From Carcharhinus amblyrhynchos (Eukaryota), in the NCBI GenBank assembly GCA_965287045.1, contig OZ336883.1:16802001-16866000 (forward strand): DNA of 64,000 nucleotides, read 5' to 3'. The notes under the pieces are model-generated. The model saw only the letters and a list, made by a program, of their open reading frames with translations, had not been told where the DNA came from and did no database searches. Of the stretch, positions 11,813-23,860 are shown piece by piece. Position 1 is the first letter of the stretch. Every line of letters begins with the position of its first letter. The position numbers were made by a program, and so were the translations under genes.

Positions 11813-12842
11813 CTGAAAAGGTGACACTGCACACAGTTTTGCTGCACTTCCTCTGTACTACCCAGAACACAGCACTTAATGTACCCATAGTCATGAACAA
11901 CTCAACCCAACTCTTCAAGTATGTACAAAATTACTTCTGAAGTTTTGTTCCTTGTTAAAGCTGCAGTGACTGCAGTCAACTGCTTCAAGACAATAATTGC
12001 CCATAACATTAAGGTCTCTGATTCTGTTTTTGCATCAAGTCCAAAAAAATTACAATTTGAATGTGTTGTCCCATTCTGGAATGAATTACATGAGCGAGTC
12101 TTAAGAACAAATGTGACACACATTCGTTAAAGGGAGGAATTCTACTCCTGACAGTCACATTGTCTTCAATAACATCTTCAGTGACTTCAACCAGCACGTT
12201 AACATTTCCACTTAGTAGCACTGCTCTTTTAAGATTAGCATACATATTGGGGTAATAAAGAATTCATGAGATTATAATTATGATTTGGTATTCCTGAAGG
12301 TTAGTTCAATGAGCCAAGAGTGTCTTATTGTGAGAGGTGAAGACAGCATTGCAGGAATTTGGTTGCAGATCAAATTAGTCTCCATGTAATTCTCTAAAAT
12401 CAGATGCGCAGCCCGAGCTTGTTATCGAGAAAAATCATCTCTTTCTGCATGCTACCCATTACCTGAATGTTTGTTCACAGCGAGCCTCAGCTGGATTTAG
12501 TGTCCTGTTATCAGATTCCTGACGGATTTATTATTCAGCGTGTCATTTATCAGTTATTCCATTAATAGTTTCTATTATGAACACCATGATGTGATGGAGC
12601 TGGTGCAGATGGTGCTTGCAATGCTGCTTACAGCTGTCACTGTTAAACCAGTGAGCATTAATAGTGATTGACATCTCATATGCTAATCAAGATAGGACCA
12701 GGGCCAAGTAGCTGGTATGAGAAATAAAACAAAATTTACAAAAAGTACTTTGCACATTTTTATTGCGCTGTAACCACGCATTAGTTTTAGCCAACAAAAA
12801 CCTAGATGATTTGTTTTAAATTTGACATGTAGATATATCAAC

Positions 12843-13130
12843 ATGGCGGTACAATGGTTAGCAATGCTGCTTCATAGTGCGAGGGACCCGGGTTCAATTC
12901 CTGGCTTGAATCACTTTCTGTTCGGAGTCTGCACATTCTCCCTGTGTCTGCATGGGTTTTGTCCTGGTGTCTTCCCAAAGACATGTTGATTAAGTGCATT
13001 GGCCATGCTAAATTCTCCCTCAGTGTACTCGAACAGGCACCAGAGTGTGGCGACTAGAGGATTTTTCACAGTAACTTCACTGCAGTGTTAATGTAAGTCT
13101 ATTTGTGACACTAATAAACGAACTTGAACT
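12843..13130 (+). mobile_element. V-SINE with alternative tail (tail B)
   Basis: Same head and V-domain as HE1, then AATTCTCCCTCAGTGTA...GAGTGTGGCGACTAG...CACAGTAACTTCACTGCAGTGTTAATGTAAG...TTGTGACACTAATAAA. Confidence 0.85.
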
Positions 13131-13934
13131 TATCTTATTGAAACAAGTTTTCCAAGAGACACTCAGTAAAAAGTAATCAGAGCATGCCCAGTTTCCATCA
13201 ACTTGGCAATCGCAATATGCTAAAGCGTCAGTTCCTTCACTTCGTTATGTTAACCTACTTAAAATAAAATGTGTTAACATCCCTTCAAAATAATAATCAG
13301 AGAAGCATAATAGGAATGCATTAAACTTTGATACATGGATCACTGTAAGTCCCAGGATTTAACGTCGAGAGCAATGAAATACCCGTCACTAAATACTGCT
13401 CATACAGAATCTTTGTCTTATTCCTTAATGCATTTTTAAAAATCTGACTCAGTCTGTCTGTTAATAAATCATTTTGTAAGTAGTCAGCTGCAAGCTGAAT
13501 GATGTAGCTTTCTGCTTGCAGATACTTAACTGGACCTGATAAACGGAGATCTGAACTTTGTTTGGATTTTATTGTTCAGATATAAATCAGTATAACAAAA
13601 CATCCTTCCTATGGGAAGAATTGGGTATGGACATCTCCTGCAGCCCAATTCCTATTAATACAGCTGATTAACATGTTGTAATTTTCAATACAAATTTATT
13701 TAGAGAAAAAAGTACTTTCAATAATTTTGTGCAGAATTCTCATACACGAGCTGATGTACAATAAAATAAATCACATGGGTAAACACAAGATTTTTATTCC
13801 TTTCATCAGATGCAAGCATTGCTGGCAAGACTGTGACTTGTTGCCCATAATTGTTCTATGAGAAGGTGGGCTTAATTTATCTTGTTGAACAGCTACAGTC
13901 CATGTGGTGTAGGTACACTCATAATTTTGTTAGG

Positions 13935-14318
13935 GGCAGAGGCATTGACCTAGTGGTATTGCTGGACTATTAATCCATAAACTCAGCTAATGTTCTGGGG
14001 GCCCGGGTGTGAATCCTGCCACAGCAGCTGGCGGTATTTGAATTCAATAAAAAATATCTGGAATTAAGAATCTACTGATGACCATGATTGTTGATTGTTG
14101 AAAAAAGAAAAATCTGGTTTGGTAATGTCCTTTATGGAAGGAAATCTGCTGTCCTTACCTGGTCTGGCCGACATGTGACTCCAGAGCAACAGCAATGTGG
14201 TTGACTCTCAACTGTCTTCTGAAATCTCCTAGCAAGCCATTCAGTTTCAAGGGCATGGGATAGGCAATAAATGTTGGCCAGCCTGTGACACCCATGTCTC
14301 ATGAATGAATAAAAAGAG
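13935..14318 (+). mobile_element. tRNA-derived SINE with probable Meta domain
   Basis: Box A/B-like head, central TAATGTCCTTTATGGAAGGAAATCTGCTGTCCTTACCTGGTCTGGCCGACATGTGACTCCAGA, tail GGCAATAAATGTTGGCC...ATGAATGAATAAAAA; second copy at 44700. Confidence 0.7.
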
Positions 14319-14368
14319 TTCCGGGTTTTTGACGTAGCAGCAGTGAAGGAATGGCAATATTATTCCAA

Positions 14369-14566
14369 GATGTGGAGATGCTGGTGTTGGACTGGGGTAA
14401 ACACGGTAAGAAGTGTCACAACACCAGGTTAAAATCCAACAGGTTTATTTGGTAGCAAACATCACTAGCTTTCGGGGCTTTGCCCCTTCATTAGGTGAGC
14501 CCCGAAAGCCAGTGGCGCTTGCTACCAAATAAACCTGTTGGACTCTAACCTGGTGTTGTGAGACTT
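14369..14566 (-). mobile_element. Short fold-back Penelope-like element (older subfamily)
   Basis: Inverted arms about 14411-14478 / 14499-14566, about 40-nt unpaired tail, 14-bp TSD AATATT(A/G)TTCCAAG (14356-14369, 14567-14580); hammerhead-like motif on minus strand 14463-14498. Confidence 0.8.
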
Positions 14567-15219
14567 AATATTGTTCCAAGTCAGGATAGTGTGTGGCTTG
14601 GAGGGGAACTTGCAGGTGGTGGCATTCTCATACATCTGCTGGCCCTATCCTTCTGGGTGGTAGAGGTGGTGGGTTTACAAGATGCTGTCAAAGGAACCTT
14701 GGTGATTTCTTGCAGTGCATCTTAGAGATAAAACACACTGCTGCGTGCTGATGGTGAAGGGAGATAGTATTTCTTAGATGGAGATCCGATCATGTGCCCT
14801 GCTTGGTTCTGGATAGTGTCAAGCTCCCTAAGTATTGCTGGAACTGCATTTATCCGAGCCAGTGAAGAGTTAGTCTCACAAACTTTTGACTTGTGTTTTG
14901 TCATTGGAGTTGGGAGGCAATTGCTCACCACAGAGTTCCCAGCCTCTGACCTGCTCTAATAACCACAGTATTTATATGGCTGGTCCAGTTCAATTTCAGG
15001 CTAACAATATGCCTCAAATATTAACAGTGAGAGATTCAGTGATCATAAAGTATTAAGGTGAGATGGTTAGATCGTCTTTTGATGAACATGTTCATTGCCT
15101 GGCACTTGGCAGGACCTGAATGCTGTTTGCCAATGTAGGCTAAGAATTAATGTTGCATTATTTTTGGATGGTGCCCCCAATATACACAGGGTGTCCTTGA
15201 AAGGAGATAACAAAGAGAA

Positions 15220-15525
15220 ACATAGAACCCATACAATTCAAAAAGAGGCCATTCAGCCCATCAGGTCTGCACCAATTTTTCAAAGGAGATTTCATCGATG
15301 CCCTCCCCTCCGCCTGATGCCTGCAACTCCATGCATTTACCATAGCCAATCCACATAACCTGCACATCTTTGAACTGTGGGAGGAAACTGGAGCACGTGG
15401 AGGAAACCCACGCAGAGACAGGGAGAAAGTACAAACCTCACGCAGCCAGTGACCCGAGGCTTGAATCGAACCTGGAGCCCTGGCACTGTGAGGCACCAGT
15501 GCTAACCATTGTGCCACCATGCCAC
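15220..15525 (-). mobile_element. HE1/V-SINE (tail A)
   Basis: Reverse-complement family match; source of spurious ORF MVAQWLAL... Confidence 0.85.
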
Positions 15526-15857
15526 TCCTTTCCTTCCTACCTTCTCACCAGGTTTGCTGCAAAAGTGGCCTGCCCACTCTGATTTGCCTTCTGTCAACTA
15601 GCATATTATGGTGGCAGAGTTGGACTTAAGCCATAATAATTGGCCACTTAAGGGTCTCAATAGGTCTACCAGTGAGTAGCCTAGTGGCACCTTAACAACC
15701 CACTATAATATGGGGACCGAATTAGGAAGGCAGTGGGCTAATCACCAAAATATTTTATGTGCCAATCCTTTAGCACTACTCTGAGGAACTCCTGTGGTGA
15801 TGGTCTGGGTCTCAGATGATTGACCTCCAACAACCACAGCCCTCTTCCTTTGTGCTA

Positions 15858-16170
15858 GAATCCCCACATTGCAGTAAGAGGCCATTTGGCCCATTGAGCT
15901 TGAACTGACCACAATTCCACTCAGGCCCTATTCCCATAACCTCACATATTAACCCTACTAATCCCCTGACACAAGTGTCAATTTAGCATAGCCAATCAAC
16001 CTAACCTGTACGTCATTGGACTGTGGGAGAAAACCGGAGTACCTGGAGAAAATCCACGCAGACACAGAGAATATGTAAACTCCACACAGATAGTGACCCG
16101 AGGCTGGAATTGAACTTGGGTCCCTGGCACTGTCAGGCAGCAGTGCTAACCACTGTGCCACCACGCTGCC
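15858..16170 (-). mobile_element. HE1/V-SINE (tail A) nested in the old CR1-clade LINE
   Basis: LINE sequence CTTTGTGCTAGA...ATGACTGCAACCAGTGG resumes on both sides. Confidence 0.85.
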
Positions 16171-16309
16171 TGAATGACTGCAACCAGTGGTGAGTTTTTC
16201 CCTGATTCCCATTGACTTCAATTTTGTTTGGGCTCCTTGATTTCTCACTCAGATCTCTTGGTGTCAAAGGCAATCATTCTTTCCTCATTTCTATAATTCA
16301 GCTCTTTAG

Positions 16310-16555
16310 TGGGTAGCACCGCTGCTTCACAGGGCTAGGGTTCTGGGTTCGATTCCTGGCTTGGATCACTGTCTTTGTGGAGTTTGCGCATTCTCCCCAT
16401 GTCTGCGTGGGTTTCCTCTTACATTCTGAAAGGCATGCTGGTTAGGTGTATTGACCTGAACGGGTGCTGGACTGTGGTGACTAGCAGAATTTCACAGTAA
16501 CTTCATTGCAGTGTTAGCGTAAGTCTTACTTGTGCCTAATAAATAAACTTTACTT
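16310..16555 (+). mobile_element. V-SINE (tail B)
   Basis: Head, V-domain and CACAGTAACTTCATTGCAGTG...AATAAATAAACTTTA tail. Confidence 0.85.
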
Positions 16556-18105
16556 TATATTTGAACTGAGGCTTTAATAAGAACTGGAGTTGAGTGGCCC
16601 TAGCAAAGCCAAAACTAAGCATTGGTGAGCAGTTATTCCTGTATAATTGCCACTGAGAGCACTGTTGATGACACATTCCATCGCTTGGCCAATGATTGAT
16701 ATTAAACTGATGCAACAGTGATTGGTTAGAATTGATATGTCCTGCTTTTTCTGGATAGGGCATACCTGGATAATTTTCCAATTCATTGGGTAGGTGTCAG
16801 TGTTGTAGCTGTACTGGAACTATTTGGTTAGCTCCGGAGTATATGTCTTCAGTACCACTGCTAGGATGTTATCCGTTTCCTTTGAGGGATCCAGTACCTT
16901 CAGCCATTTCTTGGAATCACACAATGTGAAGGGAACTGGCTGAAGACTGGTATCTGTGAAACTTGATTCCTGAGGAAGAGGCCAAGATGGATCACTCACT
17001 TTGGCTGAAGACTGTTGCAATATTAGTATTTTGCTTTCGCATTGATATGCTGGACTCCCCATCACCAAGAATAGAAATGTTTCTAAAGCCTCCTCCCCAG
17101 CTGGTTATTTAATTAACTACCACCATTCTCAACTGGGTATGACAGGGCAACGGAACTTTGATTAGTTGTGGGATCCCTTCACCATGTCAATCACATGCTG
17201 CTTCTGCTGTTTAACAATGTCTGTAGCCCTCTGTTGCAGCTTCACCAGATGGTCTGCCTAATGTTGCTCCTGGCATGCTCCTCTTGCACTCCTCATTGAA
17301 GCTGGATTTAACCTTGGCTTGGTGGTAATAGTAGAGTGGAGGATGTGCCTGGCTATGTGATTATAGATTGTGAATGAATACAATTCTGCTGCTGTTGAAG
17401 CTCAGCATAACTCATGGATGCCATGTTTTGAGAAGTAGATTTGTTCTGAATCTATCAACTTTAACACTGCAGTCCAGCCACACAAGATGATAGAGAATAC
17501 AGTTGTTTGACGAATGGACTTCAGTTCCACAAGGACAAAGCGGTGGCTACTCACAGCAAACAGTCATGGACAGATGCATCTGCAACAGGTAGATTGGTAA
17601 AGGTGAAGTCAAGTAAGCGCTTCCCTTTGTTGATTCCCTCGCCACCACAGCCTCCTTCTGCACTGTATGATTCTGTGATACTTCCATTGCTGTCTGCCTC
17701 GCATATAGATTTTTGTCTCACTTAACACATTTGGGGGAGCCAGAGTGTGTGGAAATCAGAGGTTTCGCCAGCTGGCATTGCAAAATGAATACTGTTGACA
17801 TTGGGAATCACTGGTTGCCCAGCTCCCTTGGCTGCAACAGGAAGCACACAGAGCAAGTGGGAAGCTGGTTTAACACCCCACTGAATATTATCATCTGTTG
17901 GTCTTAATGAAGAAGAAAGCCATGTAAGGTATTAAGCCAGCGTTGAAACCTATTTCAAATTTTTGATGGGTGTGTTATGGTTAAAATGATTTCCTATGCT
18001 CACAGCGTGAATTTCTTTGAAGATGCTCCAGAAATCAATTATGAAAACACCCAGGCAATAGACAAGCAGAGAAACTACAAAATACAGGTTTTATAAGATA
18101 AGATT

Positions 18106-18415
18106 GGGCGGCACGGTGATACAGTGGTTTGCACTGCTGCCTCACAGCACCTAGAACCTGGGTTTGATTCCCGGCTTTGGTTACTGTGTGTGCGGAGCCT
18201 GCACATTCTCCTGGTGTCTGCCAGGGTTTCCTCCGAGTGGTCTGGTTTCCTCCCACAATCCAAAAGACATGCTGGTTAGGTGCACTGGCCATGCTAAATT
18301 CTCCCTCAGTGTACCCACATAGGCACTGGAGAGTGTGACGCCTAGGGGATTTTCATGGTACCTTCACTGCAGTATCAATCTAAGCTTACTTGTGGCACTA
18401 ACAAATAAACTTTAA
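18106..18415 (+). mobile_element. V-SINE (tail B)
   Basis: Full-length family match. Confidence 0.85.
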
Positions 18416-18929
18416 ATGAAAGTCAAGTGATAAGATAGAACAAAAACTTTAATCTGTCAGTCGTTCTTTTCTTTGCATCATACCATGAAATATACTAACA
18501 TTTTGGTCGAAATTCCTCTCACTCCATTCATAGTCAGACTGGTTTATTTCTCTTATTGATTGACAGGAATCTGTTCCTGTCAAATTGTCACACTGAAAGC
18601 CTAAAAAAAAACCATGATATAAAAATGTTGTAAGGCATTAGACAACATTGTTTTCTTAGCCAGTACGGACACTTGAAGTGATTAGCATTCATCCGAATTG
18701 AGTCCAAAAGTTGTTTCACCTCCAGTAATCAATATACATCAAAACTTAATTATCAAAATTGCAACAAACAGCAAGGCAGCTCCAAGTTTAATTTGAAACT
18801 TAAAGAGGGAACAATCTCTTTGCAATTAAGGTTTTGTGTTACTTGACTGAATAAACACCTGGAAAGAGCACCACATACTGATATTTGGGGAAGATTTTCA
18901 AGGAGGGATTACAAACTTTGAATCATAGA

Positions 18930-19545
18930 GTGGGACAGTGGCACAGTAGTTAGCACTGCTGCTTCACAGCATCAGGGATGTGGGTTCAATTTCAGCCTTG
19001 GGTGACATGTTCTCCCCATGCCTGCGTGGATTTCCTCTGGATGCTCTGGTTTTCTCCCACAATGCAAAGATCATAAAATCCCTGCTGTGCAGAAGGAGGC
19101 CATTCGGCCCATTGAGTCTGCACCAATACCAATCCCACCCAGGCCCTACCCCCACTTAGTTACCCTGCTAATCCCTCTAACCTATCACAACCTGGGACAC
19201 CAAGGATTAATTTAGCACATCCAATCAACCTAACCTGCACATCTTTGGGCTGTGAGAGGAAACCAGGACACTTGGAGGAAACCTACGCCGACAACGTGAG
19301 AACGTGCAAACTCCACACAGACAGTGACCCAAGCTGGGAATCAAACCCAGGTCCCCTGGCACTGTGAGGCAGCAGTGCTAACCACTGCGCCACCATGCCA
19401 CCATGGGATATGTGCAGGTTTGATTGATTGGCCATGCTAAATTGCCCCTTAGAATCAGAGGGATTAGTGGGGTAAATATGTGGCGTTATGGGGATTGGGC
19501 CTGAGTGGGGTTGTTGTCAGTGCACTGAAGGTATTCTATGATTAT
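18930..19545 (+). mobile_element. HE1/V-SINE split by an antisense HE1 copy (about 19070-19402)
   Basis: Plus copy breaks at CAAAGAT and resumes GATATGTGCAGGTTTGATTG after a complete minus-strand copy. Confidence 0.8.
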
Positions 19546-19655
19546 GACTCCTCCCCCACCCAAATTGGCTCAATTCAGTCAAAATCCAAGCCTCTGTGCA
19601 TGAAAACATTTAATTTCTCAGGGTAAGCTTATTTAGATCTAATTAAGAATTCTTA

Positions 19656-19791
19656 GGCCAGAATTCCCCGCTCTCACACATCCCACTCCAATTGTCAGCG
19701 AGCACCGAGAATTTGACGCTCAGCCAAATCTCTGTTCATAGCAGAGGTACCGCATTATCCCAGCCCCGAGCAAGATCAGAGAATTCCGGCC
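19656..19791. mobile_element. MITE, PIF/Harbinger-like
   Basis: Terminal inverted repeats GGCCAGAATTC / GAATTCCGGCC, flanked by TTA and TCA. Confidence 0.55.
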
Positions 19792-21504
19792 TCAATATCA
19801 GTCATTCAAATTATAAATGGCTGTTTATAATCACTATTTTATGTGCATTAAATGGTAAGTGACAACCCACCAAGAGTTCTGTGCTCTGTGTGCCTCCAAT
19901 TCTGGCCCCTGGTCACCAGGGGTGAACATACCTTCAGATATCTGGGCCCTAAGCTCAGGAATCCTCTCCTTAAACCTCTCTAAATTCTCTACATCTCCTT
20001 CCTCCTTAAAGACACTGCATAAAACTGCAGCTGGAAATTTCCCATTCCCTTCCAACTGTCCACCTTAAGAATTGTAGCTGGCGGGACAGAAAATTTGGCG
20101 GACCATGTAAAGGTCCATTGCCCTCAGGCGGAAATTTCCAGTCATTGGATGTGCGTGGTCGGAAAATCCCGTCCTTCATCTTTGACCTAGCTTATGGTAT
20201 ACCTGAACTAATATGTCTGCATGTGGATTGGTCTCGAATTTTGTTCTGTAGCCCTCCTGTGTAACACCTCAGGATTTTTTTTTACAATAAAGATGCTATA
20301 TACATGCAACATGTGGCTGTTATTCAGGTATTATGTGGGGAACAGAACAGGAGACTGCTTACACCTCATTCAATACCATTGAACACAATGTGGAAAAGAA
20401 CAAAAAATATAAAGGAAGGTCAAAATGGAGGAACCACGTAACAGATTGGCTTCACTTAGCATCCACTCCATATATTTCCCCTGAACATTATAGAGGGACT
20501 GCTCCTCTTAATAATACAGAGCTAGTTTCAATCATTTTAATTCCTCAAAGAGGAGAAGATAAATTGAACCATTAGAGAGAAATTATATCTAATGTATTGC
20601 AGCACTATTTTAAATGGCATAGTTTTATGTTGGGCCAGCAGGCAACACTGTTAACTCAAGCCTGCAAGTACCTAAGTTGGCTGGATGCCAGGCAGCCTCC
20701 TGTCAGAAAAAGTAAGTAGCACATCTATTTTGTAATATTTTGATTTAAAATAAATTTTCTGAGTAAATGTATGAGGAAAAAAAAAGGACTCCCAACACTG
20801 ATTGTAATGCCAAACCTTTATAATTTCCTCATTACACAGTTTCTGGTATTTACGGATTTTGCCATTAACCATTCCTTATATGGCCTAATATATGGAGATT
20901 CAGATGAATAAAGATATCACACATTTCTGACAGCTAGAATAGGACAATTCTCATAAATATTAATCAACTATTCAACCACTCACTGAATCTGATGTGAATT
21001 CAATTGGGTTATTAAAGTGCTGTAGCAGGAGGCCTTGCCTCGCAATATGCAGGTGTTAGTGTCCTGTACTCAGTGAGGTTGATCTGTGACCCTGAGCTTT
21101 CAAGGGGCATTTGCAATTCAAATCTCTGTTTATTCTGTACAAATCAAATTTCTTTGGCCTCCGTAATTCTCTCTTCAGCCGGAAGTGGGTAACAAAAATA
21201 CATGTGCTATAAATATGTACATGACTTCCTTCTCGTGTTCATGGTAGTTCGGTGGTTATATATTGAAAATACATTGGAGCTTAGTGAGGAAAATTGAAGA
21301 AACGGTAGCTGCCTTCTGTAGAAAAGAAAAAAACTAAGGGGGGGCGGGGGGAGGTAGTGACCTAATAAGGACTTGAATCTTTTTTAAAAAATGGGTCTGT
21401 TTGCAAAATATACAGTTCCACGGCCAAAATTGGAGGGTCATAAATATGATTTTGTAAGTTCATAGGATATAGGAGCAAAATTAGGCTGTTCAGCCCATTG
21501 AGTC

Positions 21505-21895
21505 AGCCTAGTCCATCTTGCTAACCAGCCTCCCATCCACTGACTCCGTCTACATTTCCTGCTACCTTGGAAAAGCAGCCAGCATAATCAAGGACCCCCA
21601 CACATTGCAGACGTATTTTCTTCCACATTCTTCCATCTGGAAAAAGATACAAAAACCTGAATTCACATATCAACCAGCGCAAGGACAGCTTCTTCCCTGC
21701 TGCCATCAGACTTTTGAATAGTCCTACCACATATTAAGCTGATCTTTCTCTACACCCTAGCTATGACTGTAACACTATATTCTGCACCATATCCTTTCCT
21801 TCTCTCCTCTATACTCTGTTTTGTCTGTATAGCACGCAAGAAACAATTCTTTTCACTGTAACCCAATACACGTGACAAAATTAAATCAAATCAAA
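21505..21895 (+). mobile_element. Rex1/Babar-like LINE 3' fragment
   Basis: TSLPSTDSVYISCYLGKAASIIKDP; same 3' UTR as 11365 copy, ends AAATCAAATCAAA. Confidence 0.8.
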
Positions 21896-21951
21896 ATATT
21901 AATGTAGAATTCAGATTTGTAAGGATTAATACTTTTCACTATATCCCAATA

Positions 21952-23112
21952 TATGTGAGGCTGTGAATATAGTTCAATGTGGTGGGAGAGGTTAATATAG
22001 GATAGGAGGGTGGTGAATGAGGAGGAGAGGGAAGAATGAGTTGAAATGGAGTTTGAAATGACTGAGGTTGACATGTGACTTAGTATGAGGATGAGGAGAC
22101 AAGTGAAGTCATCTCATTGAAAAAAAATGATGAGGGACTTAGAGGGTTAGTTGAGAACAAAGTTTTTAAATAAGAGATGAGAGACATGGACCACCTAACG
22201 TACTCAGAAAAGGAAAAGGTGACAGAAGAGCACAGGGACAGACTGAGGTAAACTTTGGTGATGAGAACCAAGCCATCAAAATGGCAATTTAGTAGATGGA
22301 GGTTAAGCAATGGAAGATATAGCCAAGTGAGGAGACGTTAGGAAGGGGCAAGGTGTAGTGGCACAGTAGTTACCACTGCTGCCTCACAGCACCAGGGATC
22401 TGTGTTTGATTCCTGGCTTGGGTCACTATCTGTGTGGAGTTTACACATTCTCCCCATGTCTGCGTGGGTTTCCTCCAGGTGCTCTGCTTTCCTCCCACAG
22501 TCCAAAAGACATGCTGGTTAGGTGCATTGACCCAAACAGGCACCAGAGTGTGGTGACTAGGGGAATTTCATAGTAACTTCATTGCAGTGTTAATGTAAGC
22601 CTTACTTGTGACTAATAAATAAACTACTTTGAAAGGTGTCATCAACTTGAGCCACACGTCCGTTGATCAAAAAAAAGTTTGATGTAAATTGGTTTAATAA
22701 GAAACAGCTACTTGTTCAGAAGACGAATTGACTCGAGAGCAAAGTGTTCGGAAGGATGGGCAACACTTCTATAGATGAAGGTTCATCATTCTGGCATGTC
22801 AAACGCTCACACCATCCTCCCAAGTCAACCACTTTATCTTTGCCGGCTCATAAGAATGGGTTTGCAAAAGTCCTGGGAACTTTAATCTAATGAATATCAA
22901 AAGGTCTAAATCACTGTCTAAGAAATGTCTAAGAATCGTTGTCAATGATACACCCTTACTTGTCTCCTCATCTTCATACTAAGTGACTTGTCGACCTCAA
23001 TCGTTTCAAACCCCATTTCAACTCATCCTTCCCTCCCCTCCTCATTCACTGCCCTCCTACATTAACCTCTCCCTCACTATATTACCTCACTGAACTATAG
23101 TCATAGCCACAC
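21952..23112. repeat. Inverted repeat pair (about 155-bp arms at 21952-22110 and 22954-23112)
   Basis: GAGTTGAAATGGAGTTTGAAATGACTGAGGTTGACATGTGACTTAGTATGAGGATGAGGAGACAAGT vs ACTTGTCTCCTCATCTTCATACTAAGTGACTTGTCGACCTCAATCGTTTCAAACCCCATTTCAACTC. Confidence 0.8.
22352..22630 (+). mobile_element. V-SINE (tail B)
   Basis: Family match. Confidence 0.85.
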
Positions 23113-23319
23113 CTCTGGCTTTGCCAAAATGTGTGGCCTCTTTCCCATCATCTCAATCACAGGCAAAGCAATCACATTCTTTAATCCCTCATCCACTCAT
23201 GCCCCCTTCCCAACCCCATTTCATTCTGCATTTATCCTGGAAAAGCTTTCCCTGGTCATTTGCAACAGCACTTCCAAACTGCAGAAAGTCTAGAAGTTGA
23301 CCCTCTGTTTGATGAAGGG

Positions 23320-23445
23320 ACGTAGAGAAATGCAACAAAGTTTACTGGTGATACCATACTAGGTGGGAAGTTAACTGTTGAAGAGGACACAGCAAGGCTG
23401 CAGAGATATTGACAGGTTAAATGAGTGAGCAAAGATTTGGCAAAT
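23320..23445 (+). mobile_element. CR1 RT fragment, interrupted by Rex1-like insertion
   Basis: KF(TG)DTILGGKLTVEEDTARLQRY..RL..-like; resumes AAATGGAGTATAATG at about 23864. Confidence 0.6.
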
Positions 23446-23860
23446 TTGATTTGATTTGATTTATTATTGTCACATGTATTGGTATACAGTGAGAAGTATT
23501 GTTTCTTGCACACTATACAGGCAAAGCACACCATTCATAAAGCAGGAAACAAAGGAATGCAGAATGTAGTGTTACAGTCATAGCTACGGTGCAGAGAAAG
23601 ATCAATGTAATGCAAGGTAGATCCATTTAAAAGTCTGATGGCAGCAGGAAGAAGCTGTTCTTGAGTCGATTGGTACGGCTTTTGTATCTTTTTCCCGATG
23701 GAAGAAGGTGGAAAAAAGAATATCCGGAGTGCATGGGGTCCTTAATTATGCTGGTTGCTTTGCCAAGGCAGTGGGAAGTGTAGACAGAGTCAATGGATGA
23801 GAGGCTGGTCTGCGTGATGGATTGGGCTACATTCAGAACCTTTTGTAGTTTCTTGCGGTC
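23445..23860 (-). mobile_element. Rex1/Babar-like LINE 3' fragment
   Basis: Starts with (TTTGA)n tail; reverse complement of the 11365/21505 family. Confidence 0.8.

Larger units (their letters stand above)
13810..17645 (-). mobile_element. Old, fragmented CR1-clade LINE interrupted by several SINEs and a Penelope-like element
   Basis: Residual ORF2 peptides LQPVPFTLCDSKKWLKVLDPSKETDNILAVVLKTYTPEL (16820..17068) and SSLARINAVPAILRELDTIQNQAGHMIGSPS (14722..14931); 3' tail at about 13810-13930. Confidence 0.7.

Noticed and set aside
11890-12250. Short overlapping ORFs in repeat-free sequence as a possible exon
   Set aside because: No recognised homology, no convincing splice-site pair, stops in all frames
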